A program made the translations under genes and the position numbers. Below, piece by piece: positions 26,870-37,029 of a DNA stretch of 64,000 nt. The stretch is from Thermoplasmatota archaeon (GTDB lineage Archaea; Thermoplasmatota; Penumbrarchaeia; JASLWR01). Position 1 is the stretch's first letter. Each line of letters begins with the position of its first letter. The notes beneath the pieces are model-generated. The model was not told the DNA's origin, ran no database searches, and saw only the letters and a program-made list of their open reading frames with translations. The DNA lies in NCBI GenBank assembly GCA_030740765.1, contig JASLWR010000009.1, positions 1,905 to 65,904 on the forward strand, given 5' to 3'.

Positions 26870-26962
26870 AGCACTTCCCCCAATAAGGTATATCGAAAGG
26901 GACCGACCGCTACATCCAGTAGTTTCATGGTTTTTTCCAATAGATTACTATCATACCGAAAA

Positions 26963-27820
26963 TTATCGCTCATTAGATATCCCTCCATTTTCTAACAGAT
27001 GTCCAATGCCTATTCTCTCTGCAAGGTGTTTCATACGGGAAATATCCAGATCCTTCGTATTGTTCTTTATCAGGTTATTTACCGCCCTTATTACCCGCCC
27101 CTCGTTGGACAATCCCCGAAGAGTATATGCTATATGCTCCTCTACAGTCAATTTCTCTCTTTTTGGTGCCACATAGAGGTAATGGTCGCAAACGAGATCA
27201 GGAAAAAACTCCGGAACCGCTTGAATCCCCGTCATCTCAACTTTTTCATCTGCAATGGCGTTACGGGTACCAAATAGTATTTTATCCGCTCGATTCCAAA
27301 TAATCCAGCTGTTCGTGTCTATTTCCGTTATCAATTTTCTATAGTAATAACTTGAGTAGCTGGTGAGAAAGAATTTCAGCAGATGGAAACGGGGAGATAT
27401 TTCATATGTACCTCCATGTTTCTGAACGCCCCCTATCGACTTAAAATTATTCAAGACATTATAAACTGTCTTCAAGCTTACGTTATATGCCATTTGGTCC
27501 GGCCTGAGGAATTCATTCGTAATATTGACCAATACAGGTATGGAAGAGTTATCAAGATATTTTGACCAATCGATGTGATCCATTTCCAGAAAAAGGGCAC
27601 GAAGGGCCAATGAGTGTTCAAGATTATTTATCGCCACCCGCCTGGGTCTTCGGTCCATCTCCAGAACAAATTCTTTTTTTTGAAGTTTCGTAAGAACCTC
27701 ACTTACTCTATTGACCGACAGGTCCACGGCCCTTGAGAGTGAGCCGAGATCGTTGATTCCTGAAGAAATATTACGAAAGATCAATAGTTCCATCTTGCTC
27801 AGGTTAATATTCCACATCAT
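26963..27820 (-). CDS. winged-helix DNA-binding protein with an uncharacterised C-terminal domain
   Basis: N-terminal MELLIFRNISSGINDLGSLSRAVDLSVNRVSEVLTKLQKKEFV resembles a wHTH/MarR-like region. Confidence 0.45.
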   Translation of the reverse strand: MMWNINLSKMELLIFRNISSGINDLGSLSRAVDLSVNRVSEVLTKLQKKEFVLEMDRRPRRVAINNLEHSLALRALFLEMDHIDWSKYLDNSSIPVLVNITNEFLRPDQMAYNVSLKTVYNVLNNFKSIGGVQKHGGTYEISPRFHLLKFFLTSYSSYYYRKLITEIDTNSWIIWNRADKILFGTRNAIADEKVEMTGIQAVPEFFPDLVCDHYLYVAPKREKLTVEEHIAYTLRGLSNEGRVIRAVNNLIKNNTKDLDISRMKHLAERIGIGHLLENGGISNER

Positions 27821-27886
27821 CCCATAAATTGTAAATAACTCGATTTACTTATAAATGTTTCGAGTATTTTACAATTATTTAAAAAT

Positions 27887-28804
27887 TCAGTACAATCCGT
27901 CAACACTCAAATATCTCTCACCGCTGTCCGCAAACAATGCAACAATAAGCTTACCACGATTCTCTTCAATTTTCGCCAACTCCCTTGCAGCGTAAGCGTT
28001 CATTCCTGACGTTATCCCCGTAAGAATTCCTTCCTTTTTTGCCAGCTCTCGGCAGCTGCGGAAAGCGTCTTCCTCCGATACCAGCATTATGTCGTCCAGC
28101 TTAGTTCGGTCCAGTAATTTCGGTATAAATCCCGGGCTGGTCCCGGCCTGCCGGTGTGGTTTGAAAATTCCTTTCGAGATCATTGGAGCAATCTCCGGTT
28201 CCACCCCAATAACACGAAATGAAGGCTTTTTCGGTTTTATGTATTCTGCAACACCCCTTGCGGTCCCCGTGGTTCCGAGGGATACCACCAAAATGTCTAT
28301 TTTCCCGTCTGTGTCTTCCCACAATTCTTTTCCGGTGGTTTCTCTGTGGGCACAGACGTTGGCGGGATTTGCATGCTGCTCTATGTAGAAAGAGTTAGGA
28401 ATTTCATCCTGTAATTCAAGGGCTCTTCTTTTCGATCCGGCAGTCCCTTCGCTGGCCGGAGTCAATTCCAACTTCGCACCGAATACCTTCATTAACCGTC
28501 TTCTCTCCTCCGATTGTATCTCAGACATACATATGAGAAGCTTGTAGCCCTTCAAGGCACATATGAAAGAGAGAGCGAGGCCGGTGTTACCGGATGTGGC
28601 CTCGATAATTGTCGTCTCACTGTCGATCTTCCCCTCACGCTCCGCCGCCTCTATCATGTATGACACCGGCCTGTCCTTCACACTGTACGGGTTAAACATC
28701 TCGAGTTTTGCAACTATGGTCGCCTCCAGTCCCTCGGCGAAGCGGCCGAGGTGGATCATTGGCGTATTACCAATCAATTTCATAAGGTCGGGTTTGACGT
28801 TCAC
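27887..28804 (-). CDS. cysK: cysteine synthase / O-acetylserine sulfhydrylase (PLP-dependent, CysK/CysM family)
   Basis: PLP lysine region (NPYSVKDR), TSGNTGLALSF, GTTGTARGV and similar family blocks. Confidence 0.85.
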   Translation of the reverse strand: MNVKPDLMKLIGNTPMIHLGRFAEGLEATIVAKLEMFNPYSVKDRPVSYMIEAAEREGKIDSETTIIEATSGNTGLALSFICALKGYKLLICMSEIQSEERRRLMKVFGAKLELTPASEGTAGSKRRALELQDEIPNSFYIEQHANPANVCAHRETTGKELWEDTDGKIDILVVSLGTTGTARGVAEYIKPKKPSFRVIGVEPEIAPMISKGIFKPHRQAGTSPGFIPKLLDRTKLDDIMLVSEEDAFRSCRELAKKEGILTGITSGMNAYAARELAKIEENRGKLIVALFADSGERYLSVDGLY

Positions 28805-28848
28805 TGAGACACTTCCTTCAGCAAATTTGAGTTATCAATTAACTGCCC

Positions 28849-31125
28849 TTATTCTTTTAATATTAATTTACGGGATTTCCCCATTGTGACAATATTGAGA
28901 ACTGCCATTGCGATTATTAAAATGCCGAAAATTATGGGATAGATCATCAATATAACCTTGAGCTCCCATCCGGAAGCAAGGCCGATCATAGAAAGAATGA
29001 TGGTAAGCAGAATCATTATCGAGCTTGTTAGTATCGTTAATTTTGGAATCTTCTTGATCCTTGCTCCATCAGATATTATGTTGTTGCTAAAATTAAAAAA
29101 TAAGATTGAAAGCGGCACTAGCAGTATCGGGAGGGTGATAATGTAGATATTCTCGGTCTCAGTAAAAACATAATACATGATCACCAGAAACAATATTATA
29201 ATACTCAGATAAGCCGAAATGTATGACAATTTCATGGATGCTCTTGACCTTTTAATTCGGTGGCACAAATCATCATCTACGTCACTATAATTTTCAAGTT
29301 TGGAGATTCCCTTTAAGCTTAAAAAACGCCCGATCTCAAAGCTAATCAGGAATGCGATAAATCCGAGAAAACTGCATAAAAGAACCCCGATAAACTCATA
29401 CGGATCCCAGAAGAACAGCACTTTGGCATCCGGCTCATAGTTCATCGAGAATTTTATTGCTATGACCTGAGATATGAATAGAAAAACAATTCCTATAATT
29501 ACTGAAATGTTTCCCGCCTTAAAAAACCAGAGCCAATCCTTCCGGGATTCCTTCTCCTTGCGATCCTTCTTCCTTTTCCTTATAATATTGGCTACAAATA
29601 CCTTGATCCATATCACTAACGCAACAAGCATGGCAAGACCGATTCCGCCGATCAGAAATGCCTTCAAGTATAGATAATCATCAAATCCCCAGATACGTAA
29701 AGGTGTTTCTCCACCTTCGGGGTAGGCTATCGGCCCCGTCTGGTTCGTATCGGTCCCATCTGGTGTACTATAATTATTGATCAACCAGGCCTTGACACCC
29801 GTGCCCCATGAACAAGCTGCTGCGTCCAATCTCCCGTTACCATCCCAATCCCCGAAATTGGCCCCGTACGGTTCACCTCCCATGGTGAGAGGGATCTCTT
29901 TGAACAATGGATCGTTGGAATCCACATCACCCCTGAATATCCAGGTCCAGCCGTTCGGTTGGTCGTTGATATATAAATAAATATCATCTCCACCGTTACT
30001 TGCCGCAATTAGTTCGGGTTTCCCATCCCCGGTTATATCCCGAAGTTCCAGTTGGTCCCAGGTACCCCCGCTGTCATGAAGACCCATGCTTCCGTCGCTC
30101 CATTGAAAGTCGGTGCCTCCGGGCGATCCACCGTTATTGCCAAGCCAGACCTTGATCCCCTCGTTTCGCGTTCCATATATAATGTCCGAATTCCCATCGA
30201 TATCGACGTCAATAATCTTGATCCCGAAAGCCTCTCTCCTGACCTCTTTAAACGAGATTTCCTCCCAGGTTCTGTTAGAGGATTGAACGTACATCCGGAT
30301 CGTTTCAGAATTGAAATAGGGGCAGCCCACAAGGTCCAGCAGACCATCTGCATTCAGATCTCCAACCCCGATACCCGTTATCTCGTTTCCTGATCTGGGG
30401 GGGCTCTTTTCGGACCAACCATTTACGGTGCCGCTGCCGTACCAGACCCTGACGGCGTACTCGGTGGAAACTGCAATGTCCAGATATCCGTCCCCGTCCA
30501 GGTCCGCCAGTTCCGCTTCATTGGCCGATTCATCATTATCGATGGTATATTCGAGGGAAAATCCACCGGCACCATCTCCCCTGTAGACTTCGATTCCATT
30601 CTTGTCACCATCATACCATTTTGTCAGAAGGGGGGCGATGAGATCGACATTACCGTCATTGTCAACGTCACCGAATGATAGGGCGCCGTAGTATTTGTCC
30701 GAATTTTTTCCCGGAAGACCATGGCCGAATTCCTTCCATTCACCGAGTGCGGCGTTATATTCGAAGGCTCGTATCCCCGGTGTTTTCGGTGAAATTCTTC
30801 CGGCCCCTCCCACATAGAGTTCGTCCAGCCCGTTACCATCTGCATCATATACCTCGACAGATGAAAATGAAGCTTTCTCGGGAAGTCCCTTTGAAATTTC
30901 TGTTCTACCACCGATCAAGAAAGTATGCACTCCTTCGGCGGTGGTTTTTGTGGATAAAAAAAGTATCGATAACAGTAATAAAATAAGTGTGATGAGCAGG
31001 GACACTCCTGTCCGTTTATATGGAGCTGGTACAATCATTTGAAAACTTCCATAGATTATCGCAAGTATAGAACAATGAAATATCATTAATCTTGCCCTTG
31101 TTTTTCGTAATAAATTCCCCGGCAT
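28849..31125 (-). CDS. FG-GAP/VCBS repeat (integrin-alpha-like beta-propeller) protein with a C-terminal multi-TM domain
   Basis: Repeated DxDGDG(x)DL/I units (DVDNDGNVDL, DLDGDGYLDIA, DLNADGLLDLV, DVDIDGNSDII, DITGDGKPELI, DWDGNGRLD) followed by 7 or more TM helices. Confidence 0.7.
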   Translation of the reverse strand: MPGNLLRKTRARLMIFHCSILAIIYGSFQMIVPAPYKRTGVSLLITLILLLLSILFLSTKTTAEGVHTFLIGGRTEISKGLPEKASFSSVEVYDADGNGLDELYVGGAGRISPKTPGIRAFEYNAALGEWKEFGHGLPGKNSDKYYGALSFGDVDNDGNVDLIAPLLTKWYDGDKNGIEVYRGDGAGGFSLEYTIDNDESANEAELADLDGDGYLDIAVSTEYAVRVWYGSGTVNGWSEKSPPRSGNEITGIGVGDLNADGLLDLVGCPYFNSETIRMYVQSSNRTWEEISFKEVRREAFGIKIIDVDIDGNSDIIYGTRNEGIKVWLGNNGGSPGGTDFQWSDGSMGLHDSGGTWDQLELRDITGDGKPELIAASNGGDDIYLYINDQPNGWTWIFRGDVDSNDPLFKEIPLTMGGEPYGANFGDWDGNGRLDAAACSWGTGVKAWLINNYSTPDGTDTNQTGPIAYPEGGETPLRIWGFDDYLYLKAFLIGGIGLAMLVALVIWIKVFVANIIRKRKKDRKEKESRKDWLWFFKAGNISVIIGIVFLFISQVIAIKFSMNYEPDAKVLFFWDPYEFIGVLLCSFLGFIAFLISFEIGRFLSLKGISKLENYSDVDDDLCHRIKRSRASMKLSYISAYLSIIILFLVIMYYVFTETENIYIITLPILLVPLSILFFNFSNNIISDGARIKKIPKLTILTSSIMILLTIILSMIGLASGWELKVILMIYPIIFGILIIAMAVLNIVTMGKSRKLILKE

Positions 31126-31421
31126 TTCTCAAGCTTGTCATCATGAAAGTATGTCTTATTATAGACCCGATCTGTGAAATGTCTTTATCTACGTATGCTG
31201 CTCCACATTCATCCTTCCACCCCAGCTAATATTCGTATCTACAGTTCTACATCCTTCACAATTAATATTGGGAGTCAGGTACATGAAAGCGGACCCCTAG
31301 GTATTTGGCTTCATCTACATCTAGGCAGAACAAGGAAGGGATTTGATTATTTTTATGAATACATTTAAATCGAATCAACTATACAATGCATATAACTATT
31401 AAAATATACCGAGGGATAATT

Positions 31422-31619
31422 ATGAAACATCCGATTGTTTACTACTGTGAAGAGTGTGGGAAAACCGATTCAAAGAAAGATAGTGAGACCTTAGAACTTT
31501 TTTGCTGTAACAGGTCCATGAAGAAGAAAGAACTCGAAACGTGCACGAAGGCAGGGGCTTCAGCAGAGCACGCCCGCTTCTCGGACGATGACGAGCCATG
31601 CGACGACGGTCGAGGATGA
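31422..31619 (+). CDS. small Cys-rich hypothetical protein
   Basis: MKHPIVYYCEECGK...CC...C; a possible metal-binding mini-protein. Weak. Confidence 0.3.
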   Translation: MKHPIVYYCEECGKTDSKKDSETLELFCCNRSMKKKELETCTKAGASAEHARFSDDDEPCDDGRG

Positions 31620-31662
31620 TGTTTGATATATTTCCAGGGTTATTGCAATTGAAGGTATCATC

Positions 31663-31857
31663 ATGACCATGGAAAACGAAATTGAGTGCAAATATTCCGG
31701 TAGTGTTCTCGAACTTGCTAAGACGGTTCGATTCAATCCCGCCACAGAGGAATATGAATACAGCTGTGTTAATTGTGCTCTTGCATGGGAAAAAAGACAA
31801 ATATTCCCCACACATACCACACTGAACAGCGTGGAGCTGAGAATCATCCGCAAATAA
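31663..31857 (+). CDS. small hypothetical protein
   Basis: 64-aa ORF downstream of the previous one, with a CxxC pair (CVNCALAW). Confidence 0.3.
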   Translation: MTMENEIECKYSGSVLELAKTVRFNPATEEYEYSCVNCALAWEKRQIFPTHTTLNSVELRIIRK

Positions 31858-32101
31858 TCCGGGAAAAGACCTCACGGGACCTAAAATATAATTCAGCACA
31901 AAAGCCCCAGTCCTTTTCCAGAATATGCCTATAATCACGTACGATCATTTCGACCCATCTCAACCGGTCAATCTTGCCTCTTCGGTGATTTACCTGACCG
32001 ATATTATTTTCAAACCTCTTAAACAAGCCATTTTTGATTTTACAATAATTGATTCACATATGCAAATACTTATATGCCAAAAAGCCCCTTTGTCTTAACT
32101 G

Positions 32102-32530
32102 GTGTCTTCCATGTTAGTTGAGATGATAATGAGACGGTCCGTGGTTTCCATAGATCAGGAAAGGAATGTACTGGACGCGTGCTTGAAATTTAAACAGTAC
32201 AAGATCGGCAGCCTGGTGGTGAAGAACCAGAATAAATCCTGCGTAGGTATTTTGACGGAACGAGACGTCATCGAAAGAGCGATATGCAATCGCAGGGCAC
32301 CTGTAACAACTCTGGTAAAAGAGATAATGACAACGGGTGTGAAGACGATACATCCCCGAAAAGGTAGCCGAGGCGACAAAGATCATGAAGAAATTTCATA
32401 CCAAGAAACTACCGGTGATCCAGGGAAAGAGCATCGTTGGGATAATAACCATAACGGATATCTCTTTCGCCAAACCGGAAATGGCCAAGGAGTTCATGGA
32501 TACCTATGTCACACCCCGGTGGATTGATTG
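32102..32530 (+). CDS. tandem CBS-domain protein, frameshifted at a C4 homopolymer (about 32350-32356)
   Basis: Frame 1 gives a clean first CBS domain up to VKTIHP. The +1 frame continues EKVAEATKIMKKFHTKKLPVIQGKSIVGIITITDISFAKPEMAKEFMDTYVTPRWID*, a clean second CBS domain ending at 32530. The shift coincides with the cccc run. Confidence 0.6.
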
Positions 32531-32542
32531 AATAAGTATTGT

Positions 32543-33265
32543 TCAGACCGACATTGCCAGGCGTAAACCGATGAACGGCGCACGCTCGCCCGGGAGATTC
32601 CAGTCCCTGCACGTGGAAGTGCATTTCTCATGGGAACTGCTCCAGCTTCCACCGCGGTCCACGTGGTAATAACCCTTCTCGCCGGTCCAGGCTCTGTTGT
32701 GTCCCGGCGCGCCTTCGTAATTATCGTGCCAATTATCCTCACACCATTCCCAGACGTTCCCCAGCATGTCGTACAGACCCCACTTGTTTGGCTTCTTTTT
32801 TCCCACATCATGGGTCCGAGCGCCGGAATTCTCATCGAACCAGGCGTAATTGGACAACTTTTTGATGTTATTATTTAAAAAATAATCCCTTGAATCGCCG
32901 GCACGGCAGGCATATTCCCACTCAGCTTCAGTGAGTAGCCTGTATTTGTCCGTCCCTTCAAGCAGGTTCAGATTATCTATGAAAGTCTCGCAGTCACGCC
33001 ACGAAACCATCTCAACGGGGCGCTCGTCACTTTTGAAACGGCTCGGGTTATCGCCCATTATTACTTCCCACTGCCACTGGGTAACTGGGAATGCACCGAT
33101 ATAAACCGGCTCGGCAATCTTGACAGTGTGGGAGGGTCGCGTATCGTCCCACCCATCGGAGCCCATTGTGAATTTCCCAGCTGGAATCTTTTTGAAGATC
33201 ATCCCGATGTCATTATTGAATTCTATTATCTTGATTCTTTTTGTTTCGTTCATTTTGTAATTCAC
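32543..33265 (-). CDS. formylglycine-generating enzyme (FGE-sulfatase / SUMF1) family protein
   Basis: Typical FGE blocks: RPSHTVKI, YRLLTEAEWEYACRAG, GNVWEWCEDNW, RGGSWSSS. Confidence 0.75.
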   Translation of the reverse strand: MNYKMNETKRIKIIEFNNDIGMIFKKIPAGKFTMGSDGWDDTRPSHTVKIAEPVYIGAFPVTQWQWEVIMGDNPSRFKSDERPVEMVSWRDCETFIDNLNLLEGTDKYRLLTEAEWEYACRAGDSRDYFLNNNIKKLSNYAWFDENSGARTHDVGKKKPNKWGLYDMLGNVWEWCEDNWHDNYEGAPGHNRAWTGEKGYYHVDRGGSWSSSHEKCTSTCRDWNLPGERAPFIGLRLAMSV

Positions 33266-33542
33266 CGCAGGTAATACAGAATTTCATTTTATACTATAAA
33301 TATACAGCCGCCGCCAAAATCAATGATGTTATTTAAAAAAATTGAAGAAAACTTCAAATTGAAAAATCCGACATTATAGACTTATACTGAAGATTAGAAG
33401 GTAAAACCTATATGGAAAAAAAGAAAAAGAAACCTTGAAATGATTGATTCGATAATGAATCAACGGTAAAACTCAAGGTTTACTTGGCAATAATATCGAC
33501 TGATATCAGGACATTTTAGTATAACTGTTCGAGCATTTCATA

Positions 33543-33707
33543 TCAATATCTTGGCGGCCTGCGCTTACTAAAACAATCCCTGCAATATACGGGTCGTTCT
33601 CCATCGGGTTTAAAAGGTACCTGGGTCTCCTGGCCGCAATCGGAGCAGGTTGTATCGTGCATTTCACGGGGCGGACGATCTTGCCCTCTTCTTCTTTCAT
33701 CAAACAT
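33543..33707 (-). CDS. small CxxC-x17-CxxC zinc-ribbon protein (54 aa), not in the ORF track
   Basis: Reverse-strand translation: MFDERRRGQDRPPREMHDTTCSDCGQETQVPFKPDGERPVYCRDCFSKRRPPRY*. The 65-aa ORF listed at 33506-33703 is a different, less protein-like frame. Confidence 0.5.
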   Translation of the reverse strand: MFDERRRGQDRPPREMHDTTCSDCGQETQVPFKPDGERPVYCRDCFSKRRPPRY

Positions 33708-33833
33708 ATTTAACTTCCTTTTTTTATTGTTTTCAGAATCTCCAATTCAAGAGATATCTCAATATGTTGAACCGGAATGTTGTATATAATATTATGCACT
33801 GAAAAACAAAGAGGTATTTTGTAATATCGAATA

Positions 33834-34151
33834 CTATACTCGATTTTTACAAATAGGGTAGAAATATCTGTACTTTCCCACACGTTCCGAACGTATCATC
33901 CCCGCTTCCTCCAATCTTCGAAGATGATGTCGAAGAGTCCCACTGGCAATACCCAGTTCTCTTTTGATCCGTCGGTAATGCTCCCCTGGATGTTCTCCGA
34001 TATACGTGAAGATCAATCGACGTTTCTCGTTTTCGAGTATCCTTATAGCTTCGATGTTATGAATTTTTCCACCCGACCTTATGTTTCCCGTATTCCCAAA
34101 ATAAATAAAAAGAGCCGATGCAAACAACCACCTCTCAACACTTAAATTCAC
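33834..34151 (-). CDS. winged-helix (ArsR/PadR-like) transcriptional regulator with an N-terminal hydrophobic segment
   Basis: HTH region RRLIFTYIGEHPGEHYRRIKRELGIASGTLRHHLRRLEEAGMIRSERVGKYRYF. Start placed at a GTG (34151) to avoid overlap with the upstream VWA gene. The ORF track extends to 34331. Confidence 0.55.
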   Translation of the reverse strand: MNLSVERWLFASALFIYFGNTGNIRSGGKIHNIEAIRILENEKRRLIFTYIGEHPGEHYRRIKRELGIASGTLRHHLRRLEEAGMIRSERVGKYRYFYPICKNRV

Positions 34152-34182
34152 ACGGTCGCACCATCGGCCCCATACTGTTGTT

Positions 34183-36579
34183 TTATCTGTTTCTGGGCTC
34201 AAATACGGCCTTTTTCTCCTCGGTCCAACGATAGATGACATCCCTTTCAAAATGATGGATTGGCTCATCGTTATCGGGAGGTGAGTCTTCGAAAGGCAAC
34301 GAAGAACGGCTCCTGTTAGACCCGTTGTCATCCTCTTCCTCTTCAGGTGGGAATTCGGGTTCCTCCTGCTGGCCTTCTAGGTCCTCGGGGTACCAGACGT
34401 TCAGGTCATCGATCTCTACCACGAAGCAGGTGTACTCCGTGATAAAATCGTACTGACACGAAAGCTCAACTACGCGGTCCACCAGTTCCGGCGTCTCCCC
34501 GTACACTTCCATCTGCTCCATGATCTTTTCGATCTCCTGGTAAGCCCACAATCTGGCCACGAAGGGATTATTGTCATTCTCACCCACAGTCACGGTATCA
34601 GTGAAGGTGCGGACCCCGTTTCGACCGGTGGCGTTTATCTCCATTTCGAAGGAATCGCAGCGTTCGAACCTCCCAGTTATGGCGATATCAGTACCCGCAA
34701 AGAGGTAATCGGCGCTCTCCATGGAAACATCATATACATTTTCCGAGAAACCGAAATTCATCTGCATCAGAAGAGGGGTCGAGATGGTACGGTAGAAATC
34801 GGTTATCTGGTTGGTGGGGTCCCCTGACGTGCTGATCTTGATTGCTTGACCAAAATTCTCCATACTTATGGCCCGGAGAAAATCGAAATCCACGTCGGAT
34901 CCAAATCCCAGGCAGAAAACGGACGAGTGGGCCGTATTGGCGTTGACTATGTTATTCCTGAGTCGGGTGCTGTCAGTCTCTCCAGCGGTTGGCTGTCCAT
35001 CGGTTAAAAGAACCACTATGGGTATATGAGAATCTCCCTGATTCCCCAGTAGTTCGAGGCCATCCAGGGCTGCCTGGTTGAAGTTCGTGGACCCGGAAGC
35101 ACCAATATTGTTGATGAAATTCACAGCCTGCTGCTTGTTTTCCCTGCTGGCAGAGATGATCTCCGGCTTGTACTGCTCCACGCCGGTGGAAAAGGTCAAT
35201 ATGTTGAACTTGTCATCCGCGGGAAGATCGTTTACAACGTACTCGAAAGCCTCCTTGACCTGGTTTATTTTATTACCGGACATGGAGCCGGAACGGTCGA
35301 TGACAAATATGATATGCTTGGGGACCGGGGCTTCCTGGAGTGCGTTTGCAGACGGCGAAAAACGCAGGAGGAAATATCCTCCGTCACCGTCGTTGTGAAC
35401 CGTCACGTCACCCTCAAGAGGGGGTTCGTACACTGTATAGCAAAGTTTGATATCCTGAAGACTGGTCTGGTTCCTCGCCAGTACCATTCCCGCGGCCTGG
35501 TTCGACGTTATGGTGAGATCATTGTTGTTGATTGCACCGGAAACGCTGAAATTTTTCAGGCCGCTCTGGTGATACAGGTCCATGATAATCAGGACCTCGC
35601 CCATGATCTCCTGCGAGTTGATGCCTGCTAGAGGTACGTTATAGCTGAATTCGCCCAGGTATCTCTTGAGGAAGGTCTCGTGCCTGAGGTTGACATTCAT
35701 GTATGATAGGGGAGGAACTCTCAGGCTCATTTCCAGGCTGTTGCTGTTGTGCCATTTGATGAACACAGCCATTTTATCGGGACCAGTTTTCACCACCTTT
35801 TCGGTCTCTTTTGGTATGATGAACGAATAATAAGTATTTCCGTTCAATTCCATTGTGAGGTTCGATACCATTGCCCCCTCGGGGATCCGGATGGTGAAGG
35901 ACTTCATGCTGATGTTGGCAGTTGGATTTGCCACCCCGAGCTGTATGTCGGTGACGGCGTAGGAGTTGTCGATAACGAGACTTACCTTGGTGCGGGCAAG
36001 ACTAACTCGGTGAGAAGGGTAGTACGGTTCCCCCTCAAAATCGAATTCATAGTTTTGCCTGGGTTCATCGTGGTCGCCCTCCGGTTCGGCGCCCTCGGCC
36101 GGTTTTTCTTCTTCCTCCACTTTTTCCACTTCCGACTCTTCGGGTTCTTGTGGAGGTGGAACGGCTGAAGTGTCGTCCGCCTTGGGCTCGTTCGTAAGTT
36201 CAGGACCGTTGTCCACAGCCTCGGTGTTGGGAGACGCCCCGTCATTGGATTTCTCATCGGAGGTTTCAGGAGCTTTATTATTGCTCTCTGCAGGTGTATT
36301 GGGAACCTGGCCAGCAGGCTTTTCCGGCTCCGTCGTGACATTTTTGCCGGTGGTCGCATCGGGCTTATCGTTGGTACCCATCAGTTCCTGAAAAAAATAA
36401 TTCTCTGTAAACCCTACTGTCGAGTCGGTGCTCGCATTTCCAGGATCATCTTCGCTATTCCCGGCCCGAATGATCTCCACAGGTCGTTCCGCCACGTTCA
36501 TATAGATTATGTATGCCATGTTGACGCCCAGAAGCAGGAACACCAACACCAGGGACAATGTGTTTTTCTTTATCTCCAT
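34183..36579 (-). CDS. membrane-anchored VIT (vault inter-alpha-trypsin) + von Willebrand factor A (VWA) domain protein with acidic low-complexity linkers
   Basis: N-terminal TM (LSLVLVFLLLGVNMAYIIY), VIT-like beta domain, VWA MIDAS motif (IIFVIDRSGSMSG ... LLTDGQPT), acidic C-terminal tail. Confidence 0.75.
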   Translation of the reverse strand: MEIKKNTLSLVLVFLLLGVNMAYIIYMNVAERPVEIIRAGNSEDDPGNASTDSTVGFTENYFFQELMGTNDKPDATTGKNVTTEPEKPAGQVPNTPAESNNKAPETSDEKSNDGASPNTEAVDNGPELTNEPKADDTSAVPPPQEPEESEVEKVEEEEKPAEGAEPEGDHDEPRQNYEFDFEGEPYYPSHRVSLARTKVSLVIDNSYAVTDIQLGVANPTANISMKSFTIRIPEGAMVSNLTMELNGNTYYSFIIPKETEKVVKTGPDKMAVFIKWHNSNSLEMSLRVPPLSYMNVNLRHETFLKRYLGEFSYNVPLAGINSQEIMGEVLIIMDLYHQSGLKNFSVSGAINNNDLTITSNQAAGMVLARNQTSLQDIKLCYTVYEPPLEGDVTVHNDGDGGYFLLRFSPSANALQEAPVPKHIIFVIDRSGSMSGNKINQVKEAFEYVVNDLPADDKFNILTFSTGVEQYKPEIISASRENKQQAVNFINNIGASGSTNFNQAALDGLELLGNQGDSHIPIVVLLTDGQPTAGETDSTRLRNNIVNANTAHSSVFCLGFGSDVDFDFLRAISMENFGQAIKISTSGDPTNQITDFYRTISTPLLMQMNFGFSENVYDVSMESADYLFAGTDIAITGRFERCDSFEMEINATGRNGVRTFTDTVTVGENDNNPFVARLWAYQEIEKIMEQMEVYGETPELVDRVVELSCQYDFITEYTCFVVEIDDLNVWYPEDLEGQQEEPEFPPEEEEDDNGSNRSRSSLPFEDSPPDNDEPIHHFERDVIYRWTEEKKAVFEPRNR

Positions 36580-37029
36580 TTTTTTCACCTCATTTGCTTT
36601 TCCGGCATGACGAATGAGCGGCACTTTTGCCGGTGGGATTCGCCCTTTTCACCGTTTACAAATAATGGAAGTACCGAAAGTGCATATAAACAGATTGACA
36701 CAATAACTTCCACTTCCCGGCGGGAGATTTCAGAATTATTATTTTCTGATGTTTTGCACGGAAAACTCAAGAGAATTTTGATTAATTTTCCTATTCGAAA
36801 TTCATTTCATCATTGCTGACGCTAAATCAGTTGCCAATACCACAATGGCTAATAACTGGAAATTATTGAAATAAAAGCAAGTCATTGGAGTTCTAACATC
36901 TGCAGTACAATCATTCCTTGTGGTTTTCGTCCCATTTTTTCAAACAATTTTCTAAATAAAAATTATGCCATTTTTTGTAGTAAGTATTATGGGAATAATA
37001 ACCTGTAAAGAAAAAAATTGGAATCGAAA

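Noticed and set aside
31420-31938. 172-aa minus-strand ORF
   Set aside because: Antisense to the two small plus-strand Cys-containing ORFs. Low complexity and no motifs. None of the three is strongly supported, and this one is the least protein-like.
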